The notes: generated by a model not told the origin, from the sequence alone. A stretch of DNA of 64,000 bases from Patescibacteria group bacterium (GCA_038064575.1 JBBTST010000005.1:1382-65381); one strand, 5' to 3'. Shown: positions 10,001 to 20,048, counted from the stretch's first letter. A program made the numbers and translations.

Positions 10001-10936
10001 ATGCTGATTTCTGCCTTTTTGATCTTTGCCCTTTGTATAACCCTAGTTAAGTCTGCCGATTGGCTAATAAGCTCATCCTCCAGATTGGCAAAGCATTTTG
10101 GGCTTTCTGAATTTACCGTCAGTTTTTTTGTTATTGCATTTGCCACCTCTCTTCCTGAGTTTACTGTTGGAGTTGTCTCAGCGCTTGACAACAACCCATC
10201 TCTCTCACTTGGCAATGTTGTGGGATCAAACATAGCGGATCTCACTTTAATTCTTGCCCTTCCCATCCTGATTGGAGGAGGCATTTATACGTCAACACTT
10301 CTAAAAAGCAAAGATTTAATATACACCGTTTTTTTAGGTATTACACCATTTCTACTTCTCATGGATGGCGTGTTATCAAGACTTGATGGTCTGATCTTGA
10401 TATCGGGATACTTTTTTTATCTGGTTCTGGTTTTGAAAAAAAGTTCTTTTATGGAAAGGCTTGAAGAAAAAATCCTGCGAACCAATGTATACAAACAGTT
10501 TATTATTTTAAGTGTTTCAACGCTTCTATTACTTGCATCCTCAGATCTACTGGTAAAGGAGGCGGAAAGCTTAAGTATTAAACTCAACATTCCTCTAATA
10601 TTTATTGGTATAACTATTACAGCCATTGGTACTTCTCTTCCTGAATTGGCTTTTGGCCTTAAAGCCATCAAATCTGCTCACAAGTCAGAAGTGCTTGGAA
10701 ACGTAGCGGGGAGTGTAATAGCAAACTCAACTATTGTACTGGGAACAACGGCTCTTCTGACTCCCATTAGGCAGGAAAATATTTCCAATGCGTCCTTTCT
10801 CTCATTTTTTGTTATTCTTGCAATTTTTAGTGTGTTTTCAGTTACAAATAAGAGGATTGATAGGCTTGAAGCATTTATTCTACTTGTAATTTACATCATT
10901 TTTGTACTGGTGGAAAAAACTGTTGCCGGAATCTAA
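10001..10936 (+). CDS. Ca2+/Na+ antiporter (CaCA/YrbG family)
   Basis: Alpha repeats ATSLPE...GNVVGSNIAD and GTSLPE...GNVAGSVIAN. Confidence 0.93.
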   Translation: MLISAFLIFALCITLVKSADWLISSSSRLAKHFGLSEFTVSFFVIAFATSLPEFTVGVVSALDNNPSLSLGNVVGSNIADLTLILALPILIGGGIYTSTLLKSKDLIYTVFLGITPFLLLMDGVLSRLDGLILISGYFFYLVLVLKKSSFMERLEEKILRTNVYKQFIILSVSTLLLLASSDLLVKEAESLSIKLNIPLIFIGITITAIGTSLPELAFGLKAIKSAHKSEVLGNVAGSVIANSTIVLGTTALLTPIRQENISNASFLSFFVILAIFSVFSVTNKRIDRLEAFILLVIYIIFVLVEKTVAGI

Positions 10937-11859
10937 ATTGGCAAAGGCTGTCCAAGTCTTCCAAGCAACTTAAAAATAATGTTCCCATATTTTATATATG
11001 GGAATGGGTATCTATAAACTTCCCCGCCAAACTTCTTTTTAAAAAATGAAAAGCCTGCCCAAGTTTTTGTAAACTGTGGAAATCTCTCATCAGCTATGCC
11101 ATCCATGTCAAAGTTTTTCAACCCCTCTGATTTTAAAAATTTAATTATTTCCCAAAGTTGCAAATAATTAGCCAGGAGCTTTCTGCCTTCCTGCAAGGTT
11201 CCAAGTTCACTATAGTAACCGGTGTTTTGAAATATCAAAATAACGCCTGCCGATAAAATTTCGTTCTTTAAGTTTTTGGTTTCTACAAAAATAGCTTTTT
11301 TTCCAAAAGCCTTAAGCCTTTTCCTAAGGCTATTAAGGGTCGGAACCAACAAATGCCTCTCTTTTCCCGCCCTCTCAAAAAACTCCTGATACATTTTCAT
11401 CTCTTCTATAGTTGGAAATCTTTTAAAGCTGCACTTAATACCACTCTTCTGGGCTTTTTTAACTGAATATCTTGCGTCCTCTTTTAAGGCTTTGAAGAGA
11501 TCTTGCTCGTTTTTAGTTAGATCAACAACAATAGTAGAGGGCGTTAAAAGCGGGAAAAAATTAATTACGTAACCATGCCTTTTTAATAAAGCTATTTCCT
11601 TCTCAGCCGTTTTACTAAATACCATAGATTTTTCAGGTTCGTTTAGTTCAATCTTAATAAATAAAGCTTTATTCTCCTTGGCTAGACTGTCAATCTTTTT
11701 AAGCAGCTGAGTTGAAATAGTATTAGCCCTGTGAATCTTGATAACGCTTACAAAACCTATCTTTTTAATATAAACATATACCCCATCCACCAAAACAGCT
11801 TCCCAACCAAGCTCTTTCATATAATTTGCCCAGTTTCTAGATTGCCTTAAGTCTTTCAT
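10933..11859 (-). CDS. FemABX-family peptidoglycan bridge aminoacyltransferase
   Basis: LRQSRNWA, TIVVDLTK, ARYSVKKAQK, YLQLWEII, FDMDG, GFSFFKKKFGG. Confidence 0.88.
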   Translation of the reverse strand: MKDLRQSRNWANYMKELGWEAVLVDGVYVYIKKIGFVSVIKIHRANTISTQLLKKIDSLAKENKALFIKIELNEPEKSMVFSKTAEKEIALLKRHGYVINFFPLLTPSTIVVDLTKNEQDLFKALKEDARYSVKKAQKSGIKCSFKRFPTIEEMKMYQEFFERAGKERHLLVPTLNSLRKRLKAFGKKAIFVETKNLKNEILSAGVILIFQNTGYYSELGTLQEGRKLLANYLQLWEIIKFLKSEGLKNFDMDGIADERFPQFTKTWAGFSFFKKKFGGEVYRYPFPYIKYGNIIFKLLGRLGQPLPI

Positions 11860-11976
11860 TTGTGATTTCTGTTTTTGTGCAGGTTTTATTTGTCACTAGT
11901 ATCTAAAATGTGGGTACTTGTATATTAGTGACTGTATTGTAATATACCTCAAGTACAAATTTTTTTAAAGTAAGCA

Positions 11977-12552
11977 ATGACAAAATTAAAAATTAAAGTA
12001 ATTTTAGGAAGTACAAGACAGGGCAGATTTGGAGAAAAACCCGCAAAATGGATTTATCAAAAAGCAAAAAATGATGAGAGTCTTGATGTTGAGTTACTGG
12101 ATTTAAAAGACTTTCCTCTTCCATTCTTTGATGAGCCTGTTTCCCCCTCAATGATTAAGGAACCCTACAAACATCCAGTTGTAGCAAAATTCACCCAAAA
12201 AATTGCGGAAGCTGATAGTTTTATCATTGTAACCCCCGAGTATAATCACGGTTATTCAGCTGTACTTAAAAATGCACTGGATTATGTTTATAATGAGTGG
12301 AATAACAAGCCTCTAGCTTTTGTATCATATGGTGCTTTGGGGGGCGCAAGGGCTGTAGAACAGCTAAGACAAGTTGCGGTAGAGTTGCAAATGGCACCAA
12401 TAAGAGCAGCCGTACACATATCGGCCTTTTGGACTCTCCTTGATACCCAAGGAAATCTTAAAACTGAAAGTTTAGAAGAAAGCGGTAAAAACATGCTCGC
12501 GCAGCTGATCTGGTGGACAAAAGCCTTAAAAGATGCAAGATCAAAAGACTAA
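11977..12552 (+). CDS. NAD(P)H-dependent FMN reductase
   Basis: ILGSTRQGRFG, VTPEYNHGYSAVLKNALD, SYGALGGARAVEQLR. Confidence 0.95.
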   Translation: MTKLKIKVILGSTRQGRFGEKPAKWIYQKAKNDESLDVELLDLKDFPLPFFDEPVSPSMIKEPYKHPVVAKFTQKIAEADSFIIVTPEYNHGYSAVLKNALDYVYNEWNNKPLAFVSYGALGGARAVEQLRQVAVELQMAPIRAAVHISAFWTLLDTQGNLKTESLEESGKNMLAQLIWWTKALKDARSKD

Positions 12553-12593
12553 AACTCTCACCACTTAATACCAAAATAAGATAAAATGCCTCA

Positions 12594-13553
12594 GTGGCAA
12601 GCTTTTGGCAAAATTTGAAGTTAACTATTAAGCCTTTTTTTGTTTTGGCTCCTATGGATGGAGTTACTGATTATGTTTTCAGAGAAATAATTTCAGAAAC
12701 TGCAAAACCGGATGTTTTATTCACAGAATTCACAAGCGTAGATGCTCTTCTCTCAAAAGGTTATGAAAAGACCATTCCCAGACTCAAATTCTCACAAAGG
12801 CAGCGTCCTATTGTTGCGCAAATTTGGGGAACAAACCCACAATTTTTTTACAAGGTAGCCACAATTGTAAAAGATCTGGGATTTGACGGTATTGATATAA
12901 ATATGGGCTGTCCTGATAAAAATGTAATGAAGATAGGCTCAGGGGCCGCTCTCATAAACACTCCAAGCTTAGCTGCGGAAATTATCTTAGCTTCTAAGGA
13001 AGGGGCAAAAAAGCTTCCGGTAAGCGTTAAAACCCGACTGGCAAAAGATCCAAGAAATAACAGGTCCTGGTTCAACAGCCTGCTTAACCAAAATTTAGAT
13101 GCCCTTACTATTCATGGAAGAAGGGCAAAGGACTTATCTAAATCTTTGGTACAGTGGGATGAGATTTCCCAAGCTGTAAAAATGAGAAGTGACATGGGAT
13201 TAGACACAGTTATCATAGGAAACGGGGCTATCAAAAGTTTTACGGAAGCTTTGGAAGTACATACAAAATATGGTGTGGATGGGCTAATGATAGGTACAGG
13301 AGTTTTTTCAAATCCCTGGGTATTTGAAAAAGAGCCTAAAAATCATACAAAACAGGAACATTTAGACCTATTATTAAAGCATACTAAACTTTATTGCCAA
13401 ACCTATCAAAATCAAAGTAACTTTGCAGAGATGAGAAAATTCTTCAAAATTTATGCCAGAGCATTCTCCGGAGCTGATAAATTAAAAAAGCAGCTAATGA
13501 CAACCACTAACTATCAGGAGGTTGAAGATTTGGTTAAGCGTTTTCTTGAGTAA
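12594..13553 (+). CDS. dus: tRNA-dihydrouridine synthase
   Basis: LAPMDGVTD, QIWG, GIDINMGCP, GSGAALI, VSVKTRL, LTIHGR, IIGNG. Confidence 0.95.
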   Translation: MASFWQNLKLTIKPFFVLAPMDGVTDYVFREIISETAKPDVLFTEFTSVDALLSKGYEKTIPRLKFSQRQRPIVAQIWGTNPQFFYKVATIVKDLGFDGIDINMGCPDKNVMKIGSGAALINTPSLAAEIILASKEGAKKLPVSVKTRLAKDPRNNRSWFNSLLNQNLDALTIHGRRAKDLSKSLVQWDEISQAVKMRSDMGLDTVIIGNGAIKSFTEALEVHTKYGVDGLMIGTGVFSNPWVFEKEPKNHTKQEHLDLLLKHTKLYCQTYQNQSNFAEMRKFFKIYARAFSGADKLKKQLMTTTNYQEVEDLVKRFLE

Positions 13554-13598
13554 AACACAAGTCCTTCCTGCTATAATCGCTCCTGCAGGCTAGCTAAT

Positions 13599-13687
13599 GG
13601 AGAAGTCGCATAGTGGTCGAGTGCAGCGGTTTACTAAACCGCCATACCCAAAAGGTATCGTGGGTTCGAATCCCACCTTCTCCGCCA
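13599..13687 (+). tRNA. tRNA-Ser, anticodon ACT
   Basis: Cloverleaf GGAGAAG/CTTCTCC, G73, CCA, long variable arm; anticodon arm GCGGT-TTACTAA-ACCGC. Confidence 0.93.
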
Positions 13688-14324
13688 GGATCTCGTCAAA
13701 AATGCTAGAATTTCATTATGATACCCAATTTATTAACCAAGTCTTCAAATTGGAAAAAAGAAGCAGATAAAATTCTCAACAATTCGGATTTACTAAAAGT
13801 ACTGAGAAAATATGGAGAGGTTGAGTTTACAGGTAGTTACTCTTACGATTTAATGTTGTGCCCTGATGTAGATATGTTTTTGATTTTGGATACTTTATCA
13901 AAAACAAATGTAAAATCAATCGTTGATGCCTTAATAGATCAAGGCTTCTGGAATAGAATAAAATACACCAATTTCTTGGAGTTTCCGCATACTAGGTACA
14001 ATAATTCATTTTATATAGGGTTGAAAGCTGACATTAATGGAATAACCTGGAAAATGGATATCTGGCTTGTTTCCAAGGATTCCGTTACAGATTTTAGAGA
14101 AAATTGGGTCACTGATAAACTAACTAATGAATCCAAGCTTACAATACTAAATCTAAAAAAGAATAAGAAGGTAGATGAAAGTTCCTATGATATATACAAT
14201 GCAGTCTTAAACCATCAAATTAAAACTTACAAAGATTTCTTGAAGTGGAAAGTTTCTAAAAAGAGTGACTGATTTTAATAATTCCATTTGAAAAAAATTC
14301 CAAGCGCATCTTACCTTCTCCGCC
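13687..14324. mobile_element. Single-gene islet at the tRNA-Ser 3' end
   Basis: ACCTTCTCCGCC at 13675-13686 (tRNA 3' end) is repeated exactly at 14313-14324, flanking one CDS. Confidence 0.7.
13718..14272 (+). CDS. Pol-beta-superfamily nucleotidyltransferase-like protein
   Basis: FTGSYSYDLMLCPDVDMF (GS...DxD) and a later WKMDIW third Asp. Confidence 0.75.
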   Translation: MIPNLLTKSSNWKKEADKILNNSDLLKVLRKYGEVEFTGSYSYDLMLCPDVDMFLILDTLSKTNVKSIVDALIDQGFWNRIKYTNFLEFPHTRYNNSFYIGLKADINGITWKMDIWLVSKDSVTDFRENWVTDKLTNESKLTILNLKKNKKVDESSYDIYNAVLNHQIKTYKDFLKWKVSKKSD

Positions 14325-14349
14325 GGTTTTGTTATGTTAATATAGTCGT

Positions 14350-14591
14350 GTGAGTGTAAATGATGACTTAGAAAAACTATCTGGTATATAATCACTTACT
14401 GAAGAAGAAAGTTTAACACTTATCAAGGATAAAAAAAAGAGCTTTTAACTGTGTTTTTGGATCACAGATTGTGGCTCGTGTTTGTGAAAGAATATGATAG
14501 TCCAGAGTGGTTAGCAGAACGTGAATCTGTTCCAAGAAGACGGACGTATATGCAAAGTAATTTTATAGAATCTGTTAACCTGGAAAAATAA
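14350..14591 (+). pseudogene. Possible decayed small gene
   Basis: Protein-like fragments (VSVNDDLEKLSGI*SLTEEESL...; KEYDSPEWLAERESVPRRRTYMQSNFIESVNLEK*) join only with one stop and two frameshifts. Confidence 0.25.
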
Positions 14592-14633
14592 TACACTTAA
14601 TACCTATTTATTTGTTATACCATGTTGGAGTTC

Positions 14634-15905
14634 TTAATTTGGACTACCCGCCGTCTTTGGAATAGCCATAAGCATATTTGCTTGCGGATACCATCCCCCA
14701 CCCTTCTTCTGCCAGGCAAACCCCTCCGCACATGGGTCATTACTTCTAAATATAAATGGCGTTATTGCCACAATTCTTGCATCATTCAGCCAATAATTAG
14801 TAAAAGCATTTTTAAATCTTGCAGAAGTAGTTTCAGCAGCTAGCAAACTTTTTTGCGAGTACTGCACGCAACTGCTTTGCCCCTCTTTATGAAGCCAGCC
14901 CGTCTCAGTTATGAAGATGGGAAATGGTCCCACACCAAAATTATTTCTAAGTATATTCATTTCCCAGGTGTAATTATTGATTGTGTCTCTTGGACCGTAC
15001 CAACCGGGCAAATTATTAGGATCTCCGCTAAAGTTAGGGTGAGGATAAGAGTGTGTTGCCCAACCATCAATCTTTTTGAAAATTCCGGGAACTGTCTGAT
15101 TCATTTTAACTAAAAAGCTGTCTTCACTCATATATCTATCCTGTGATCTTGCACTGCTATTAAAAGCCGCAGGCATAATAAAAAAGTTATCACTCTTCTT
15201 TTTAAAAGCTTTAATTGCTTTATCAAGCGCTTTTGCGTATTCGTCAGGAGCAATTCGCTCACACCAGTAGTCTTTAGCATTGACCTCATTAAATACACTG
15301 ATGTATCTATATTTGGAAGGCCACTTTAACTTATTTAACATTTCGGCTAAACTGTCAAAATTCATTTTGTCCACTTTGCACTGGTTGTTGTTGTACAGCT
15401 GAACAATTGGAATCAACTGGCTTTTTGAAGCCTGGTCAAACATATCCTGCCATTTTGATTTGTCTCTGTCATTTATTTCCATGGTCAAAAGTACATACCC
15501 CCACTTCCCGCCATTGCTGTTAATAAGTTCGGCAGCATCCTTTATGTCTTTTGAAATGTTGTTAACATACATGCCAAATTTATTGTTTGGAGTGCCCCTG
15601 CCATAAAACACCTGTCCCCGTGCAGAATTAACACCAACAACTTTTGGGGTTTCTTTTCTCTCCTCAGGTTTTTCTAAAGGAATTGGTGGTTCTTTGGTTT
15701 CAACTATCCCAAGTTTAGCTTCGGCGCTTTGGGTAGTTTCTGTAGCTGAGGAACTGCTCTCTTTTGGAAGCACAGGACTTATAATGGCAGTTTTTTGATT
15801 TTGTATTTTTGTTGAAACAAAGATTCCTAACAGGGCTATAGTCAACACACTTAAAAAGACAAATACAACTCTAACGGTGACAAACCCAAATCTATTTTTT
15901 TGCAT
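14634..15905 (-). CDS. Membrane-anchored clan GH-A glycoside hydrolase
   Basis: N-terminal TM, FNEVN (acid/base), WATHSYP, FITETGW (nucleophile). Confidence 0.82.
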   Translation of the reverse strand: MQKNRFGFVTVRVVFVFLSVLTIALLGIFVSTKIQNQKTAIISPVLPKESSSSATETTQSAEAKLGIVETKEPPIPLEKPEERKETPKVVGVNSARGQVFYGRGTPNNKFGMYVNNISKDIKDAAELINSNGGKWGYVLLTMEINDRDKSKWQDMFDQASKSQLIPIVQLYNNNQCKVDKMNFDSLAEMLNKLKWPSKYRYISVFNEVNAKDYWCERIAPDEYAKALDKAIKAFKKKSDNFFIMPAAFNSSARSQDRYMSEDSFLVKMNQTVPGIFKKIDGWATHSYPHPNFSGDPNNLPGWYGPRDTINNYTWEMNILRNNFGVGPFPIFITETGWLHKEGQSSCVQYSQKSLLAAETTSARFKNAFTNYWLNDARIVAITPFIFRSNDPCAEGFAWQKKGGGWYPQANMLMAIPKTAGSPN

Positions 15906-16015
15906 AAACTTAGTGTCTCAAGAAAGAAAGCCCTTTGTCAAAAAACCAGGTTTTTATCACACTAGAACTCCCCTTTCCTGGTTGTCAAATTTTTAGATAT
16001 TAGGATAATAACTGG

Positions 16016-16609
16016 TTAGTTATACTTCCACTCTATTTGTTTGACTGAAGCTTCTTCTTCTCCCTTATTCTCCCACGGTAGATATACATTCAACGCATTA
16101 TTTGCAATTCCCAGCTTTTTAAATAGCGGATGAGTTGTTTCCCAATTGCTATTTACATCAAAAGCAAATGCTGAAGATAAAAAGTCATCATGATTTTCAA
16201 CAGAATGATCCTGGATTAACGATGCAAACACAAATTTACTCCCTGGATATTTGAGCTTAATTTCATTTGCGGCCAGAAATTTAGTTTTGCCGCCACAAGG
16301 GAAAGTATCGCAAAGCAGGAAAATAGGTGATTCAGGAAAATCAAAACTGGCAGTAGACAAATCAGCAAGCTTTTTAAGCTCATTTGAACCGTTATAAAGC
16401 ATATATTTGTATTGAATAGTAAGTATTTTGTATGTGTTTAGTTTATAAGCCAAAGGAATAGCGGTAAAAGCCCCTTCTCTTAAAATCGCAATCACTGCGT
16501 CTATTTTTAAGGCGTCTTTTGTTAATTTTGCTGACAGATCCTTCCATAGATCTTCAATAAGTATTCCATAATGTTCCCAAGTCAGAGGAAAAAAACTTTC
16601 GTTATTCAT
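16016..16609 (-). CDS. Type I phosphoribosyltransferase-like protein
   Basis: LTWEHY, VIAILREG, degenerate PRPP loop LLCDTFPCGGKT, YLPWE. Start taken at ATG 16609. Confidence 0.75.
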   Translation of the reverse strand: MNNESFFPLTWEHYGILIEDLWKDLSAKLTKDALKIDAVIAILREGAFTAIPLAYKLNTYKILTIQYKYMLYNGSNELKKLADLSTASFDFPESPIFLLCDTFPCGGKTKFLAANEIKLKYPGSKFVFASLIQDHSVENHDDFLSSAFAFDVNSNWETTHPLFKKLGIANNALNVYLPWENKGEEEASVKQIEWKYN

Positions 16610-16859
16610 ATTTAAGGCGTTGTGAACCACTTTTTTGTACTATCCAGGTATTCATTGCATCAAGATAGGAATTAATTATCTCACCAATTGTACCTTTAAA
16701 TTTCAACTGTAAAAAGAGGTATCTTAAGATTATAATGGGAACATGCCTGCCGTAGCAAAAAATCTTGATCAAATCCCATTAGATGAAGCCCCTTACGTGG
16801 AAGAAGCATCAATTGACAAAGATTTTGGTATAAAGCGTTGAAATGTAAAAAGGTTTTGA

Positions 16860-17642
16860 ATGAAAGTTAAATTCATCCCAACAAAAGATGAAAGAAATCT
16901 TGAGGTCAACAATCTTATAAAGACAAAGTTCCCCCATTTTTTAATTGAGCACTCTCCTGAACTCTTACTTGTTGTAGGCGGGGATGGTGCCTTATTACAC
17001 GCCATTCAAGAATATAACAACTTACAAATTCCATTCTTTGGCATTGCGGGAGGTACTCTTAATTTTATGATGAATCCCATTGAAGATCTTGAAAGCTTTC
17101 TCATGGATTTGATAACAAAAAATCCAATTCTTCATACAGTAGAAACAACTTCAATAAAAACGGCACTTCATAAACAGAAAGAAGAGAGAAAGTTCATAGG
17201 CTGGGCAGTTAACGACGTTGTTCTTGGCACAAGCATAATGGGCTATCACAAGTTTGTTATTAACTCAACAGATGGCTCCTTTGAAGATTTTGCCATAAAC
17301 GGCTCTGGAATTTGTTTAAGTACAGAGCTTGGTTCAACAGGTTATAATTTTAATCTTGGAGGCTCAATTCTTCCCATGGGAAGCAATCTCTGGTCACTAA
17401 ATGGCATAGTTTGCAACAGATACCTGGATGACATTCTTAAAACGCAAAGAATTACTTTTACCTGTGAGTCTAAGAGAGAACCTTCCATTCTATTTATAGA
17501 CGGTATGTACAAAGGACATGAACTAAATCAGGGTGATCAACTGATAGTAGAACAAGGCCAAATTATCAAATTAGCCTTCCTTCACACAGAAACTTTTATC
17601 ACAAAAAGAATTGAAATTGCCTCACGGTTCAGAAAACACTAA
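16860..17642 (+). CDS. nadK: NAD kinase
   Basis: VVGGDGALL, GTLNF, AVND, GSGICLSTELGSTGYN.NLGG. Confidence 0.88.
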   Translation: MKVKFIPTKDERNLEVNNLIKTKFPHFLIEHSPELLLVVGGDGALLHAIQEYNNLQIPFFGIAGGTLNFMMNPIEDLESFLMDLITKNPILHTVETTSIKTALHKQKEERKFIGWAVNDVVLGTSIMGYHKFVINSTDGSFEDFAINGSGICLSTELGSTGYNFNLGGSILPMGSNLWSLNGIVCNRYLDDILKTQRITFTCESKREPSILFIDGMYKGHELNQGDQLIVEQGQIIKLAFLHTETFITKRIEIASRFRKH

Positions 17643-17732
17643 CGGTTACTCAGCTAGCTCCTATAACCCAAATCCTCCTCTATAACCCTTCTTAAGCCTC
17701 TTTATCAGCCTAGTCCTGCTTTTTATTATATA

Positions 17733-18482
17733 ATGATGCATATGATCTACATTAAACTTTTGGTGTTACTATCTTTGATAGTAGCTTATCTGACATTTTC
17801 TTATGTCAGATTTTATCACTTTATAGGAGATGTAAATTTAAAAAGCCCATATCGGAGTAACCAACTCATGATTGGCACCAAACAAGAAAATAAACAAATT
17901 ACGTATGTAGCCTTAGGAGACAGTTTGACAGCAGGTGTGGGCAGTTCGGATTTCACAAAAACATTTCCTTATCTCTTTGCCTCAAAGCTTTCTCAAAACA
18001 ATGCAGTAGTCAAACTATTAAACTTAGGTTTGCCAGGTGGTACAACAACTGACGTTCTAAAAGATCAGCTTCCCCAAGCTATAAGTGAAAATCCAGAATA
18101 CATTACTCTTTTGATTGGCATAAATGACCTTCACAACAAGCAAACCCTAAGTACTTTTAAACAAAACTACTACTATATTTTATCTCAACTACTTACCAAA
18201 ACGCGCGCAAATATTACGGTAATAAATATCCCATACCTGGGCGCAAGTAAAATTGTTTATCCCCCCTTCAACCTGTTTTTAAATTATAGAACCAGGCAGT
18301 TTAATGAGGTCATTTCAATCCTCACCAACACTTCAACCCAAGCTGGAAGACTCAAGCTCATTGATTTATACACAAATACCTACTCTATAGCAAAACAAAA
18401 TCCCTCCTACTATTCAACTGATCTTTTCCACCCATCAGCAGAAGGCTATCTCATTTGGGGAGAGTTAATCAATGCAAATTAG
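17733..18482 (+). CDS. SGNH/GDSL hydrolase, membrane-anchored
   Basis: ALGDSLTAG, NLGLPG, IGIND, DLFHPS. Confidence 0.93.
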   Translation: MMHMIYIKLLVLLSLIVAYLTFSYVRFYHFIGDVNLKSPYRSNQLMIGTKQENKQITYVALGDSLTAGVGSSDFTKTFPYLFASKLSQNNAVVKLLNLGLPGGTTTDVLKDQLPQAISENPEYITLLIGINDLHNKQTLSTFKQNYYYILSQLLTKTRANITVINIPYLGASKIVYPPFNLFLNYRTRQFNEVISILTNTSTQAGRLKLIDLYTNTYSIAKQNPSYYSTDLFHPSAEGYLIWGELINAN

Positions 18483-19566
18483 CGTCTTAGACCCTTTTTT
18501 CCAAACAGCTCTGTTTACATCTTTTTTTATGGCTCTCGTTATTTTTTCAGCCAAAAAAGACTTAAAACCCCATGACATGAACCACTCGCACACAAATGAG
18601 CTTAAAGGCGTAGCTATATTAATGGTGCTCTTTTCTCACATAGGTTATTTTTTATTTTCAGATCACACCTTTTTATATCCGCTCTCAGTAGCTGGAGGTG
18701 TTGGGGTAAATATCTTCTTATTTTTATCCGGCTTTGGCTTAACTAGCTCAGAAATTAAGTCAAACAAGCCCATTCTTCATTTTTATTTTAAGAGGTTAAG
18801 AAATATTTTTATTCCAATGTGGCTAACCCTGACCTCAGTTTTACTTTTGGATGCACACATATTGAATAAAACTTATAGCTTACACACCATACTACAAGGC
18901 GTTCTTGGTTTTTTCCCAAATTCAGACATTGATTCCGCCATTAACTCTCCTTTGTGGTATTTCACTTTGATTCTTTTTTATTACCTTATCTTTCCTCTAG
19001 CTTACATAAGAAATAAACCCTATTTATCTTCACTCATTATACTGTTGACAGGTTTTCTTATAACACGCCTTGATTTGCCTGTATCTAAAGACGTCTTAAA
19101 ATTATATCAATTGCACTATTTAGCCTTTCCTCTAGGTATGGCATTTGCCAATGCGTATCAAAAGAAACAGATTATAAAACTAAAAGACTATGTAGTAAAA
19201 CATACCTCCTCCTGGGTGGTATCTTATATTTCTTATTTTCTGATATTAATTCTGTCCTTTCTATTTGCATATACAGCCATTCATTCCAACATTGGTAAAA
19301 GCGTTTTTGCTGAGCAAATTACAAGCATGTTTACAATGCTTTCCTTAGTACTTATCTTTCTGATCAAAGACGTCCAATCAGATTTGTTGATTATCTTGGG
19401 AAAATATTCTTATGAAATATATCTGATCCAGTGGCCTCTCCTGTACCGATTTGATTTGATTTATAATCATACACCAGCCTTCTTGGGCACATTTCTTTAC
19501 ATCTTATTTTTCTTTGTCATTGGCTTTGTACTTAATAAGTTTGTAAAACACTATCATTCTGTCTGA
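18472..19566 (+). CDS. Acyltransferase-3 family membrane protein
   Basis: ELKGVAILMVLFSH, GVNIFLFLSGFGL, KRLRNI, LWYF, GKYSYEIYL. Confidence 0.92.
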   Translation: MQISVLDPFFQTALFTSFFMALVIFSAKKDLKPHDMNHSHTNELKGVAILMVLFSHIGYFLFSDHTFLYPLSVAGGVGVNIFLFLSGFGLTSSEIKSNKPILHFYFKRLRNIFIPMWLTLTSVLLLDAHILNKTYSLHTILQGVLGFFPNSDIDSAINSPLWYFTLILFYYLIFPLAYIRNKPYLSSLIILLTGFLITRLDLPVSKDVLKLYQLHYLAFPLGMAFANAYQKKQIIKLKDYVVKHTSSWVVSYISYFLILILSFLFAYTAIHSNIGKSVFAEQITSMFTMLSLVLIFLIKDVQSDLLIILGKYSYEIYLIQWPLLYRFDLIYNHTPAFLGTFLYILFFFVIGFVLNKFVKHYHSV

Positions 19567-19603
19567 GCAGGGCCATATAAACAGGAAGAAAGGTAGTTTT
19601 TTT

Positions 19604-19870
19604 CTAACTGCAGACATTCCTAAACAAAGTACTGTACATCAATGAATCCTCTGCAACATCCATACTATTATCATTGGCAAGAGTCTTTTCCAAATTAGTC
19701 AATATCTTGAAAATATATGGGGGTACTTCCTTTTTTTGTATAGTTTTGGCTCCGGCAATTGCCTCTAATTTGAAAATCTCCGCCATTTTAAAAGATTTAC
19801 GATTAATTCCAATAGCTACTCTTAGTAAATCCATAGAAATGGAAGAAAGAGTTAATTTCACATTATTCAT
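19604..19870 (-). CDS. Hypothetical helical protein
   Basis: 88-aa ORF overlapping the upstream ORF stop. Confidence 0.6.
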   Translation of the reverse strand: MNNVKLTLSSISMDLLRVAIGINRKSFKMAEIFKLEAIAGAKTIQKKEVPPYIFKILTNLEKTLANDNSMDVAEDSLMYSTLFRNVCS

Positions 19871-20048
19871 AAATCTCTTTGAAAAAATGTTTTGTTAAAC
19901 TGTCATATGTTTTTTTTATTTCTGGGCTTTGAATTTCGTTGCTGGTGTTATTGTCAATGTCTATAACAGTCTTAATATATATGTCAAAACGCTCTCGTAA
20001 CTGAGTTATCTCTTCTTTTGTAAATGGTGTGGCTCTAGTTAACATCAT
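19863..20048 (-). pseudogene. DUF5674-like gene, apparently internally deleted
   Basis: TKEEITQLRERFDIYIKTVIDID joined directly to NNTSNEIQSPEIKK; the central family region appears absent (family recalled by eye). Confidence 0.5.

Noticed and set aside
16600-16841. Short open frames between the PRTase and NAD kinase
   Set aside because: May be gene remnants, but no recognisable homology or reliable start.
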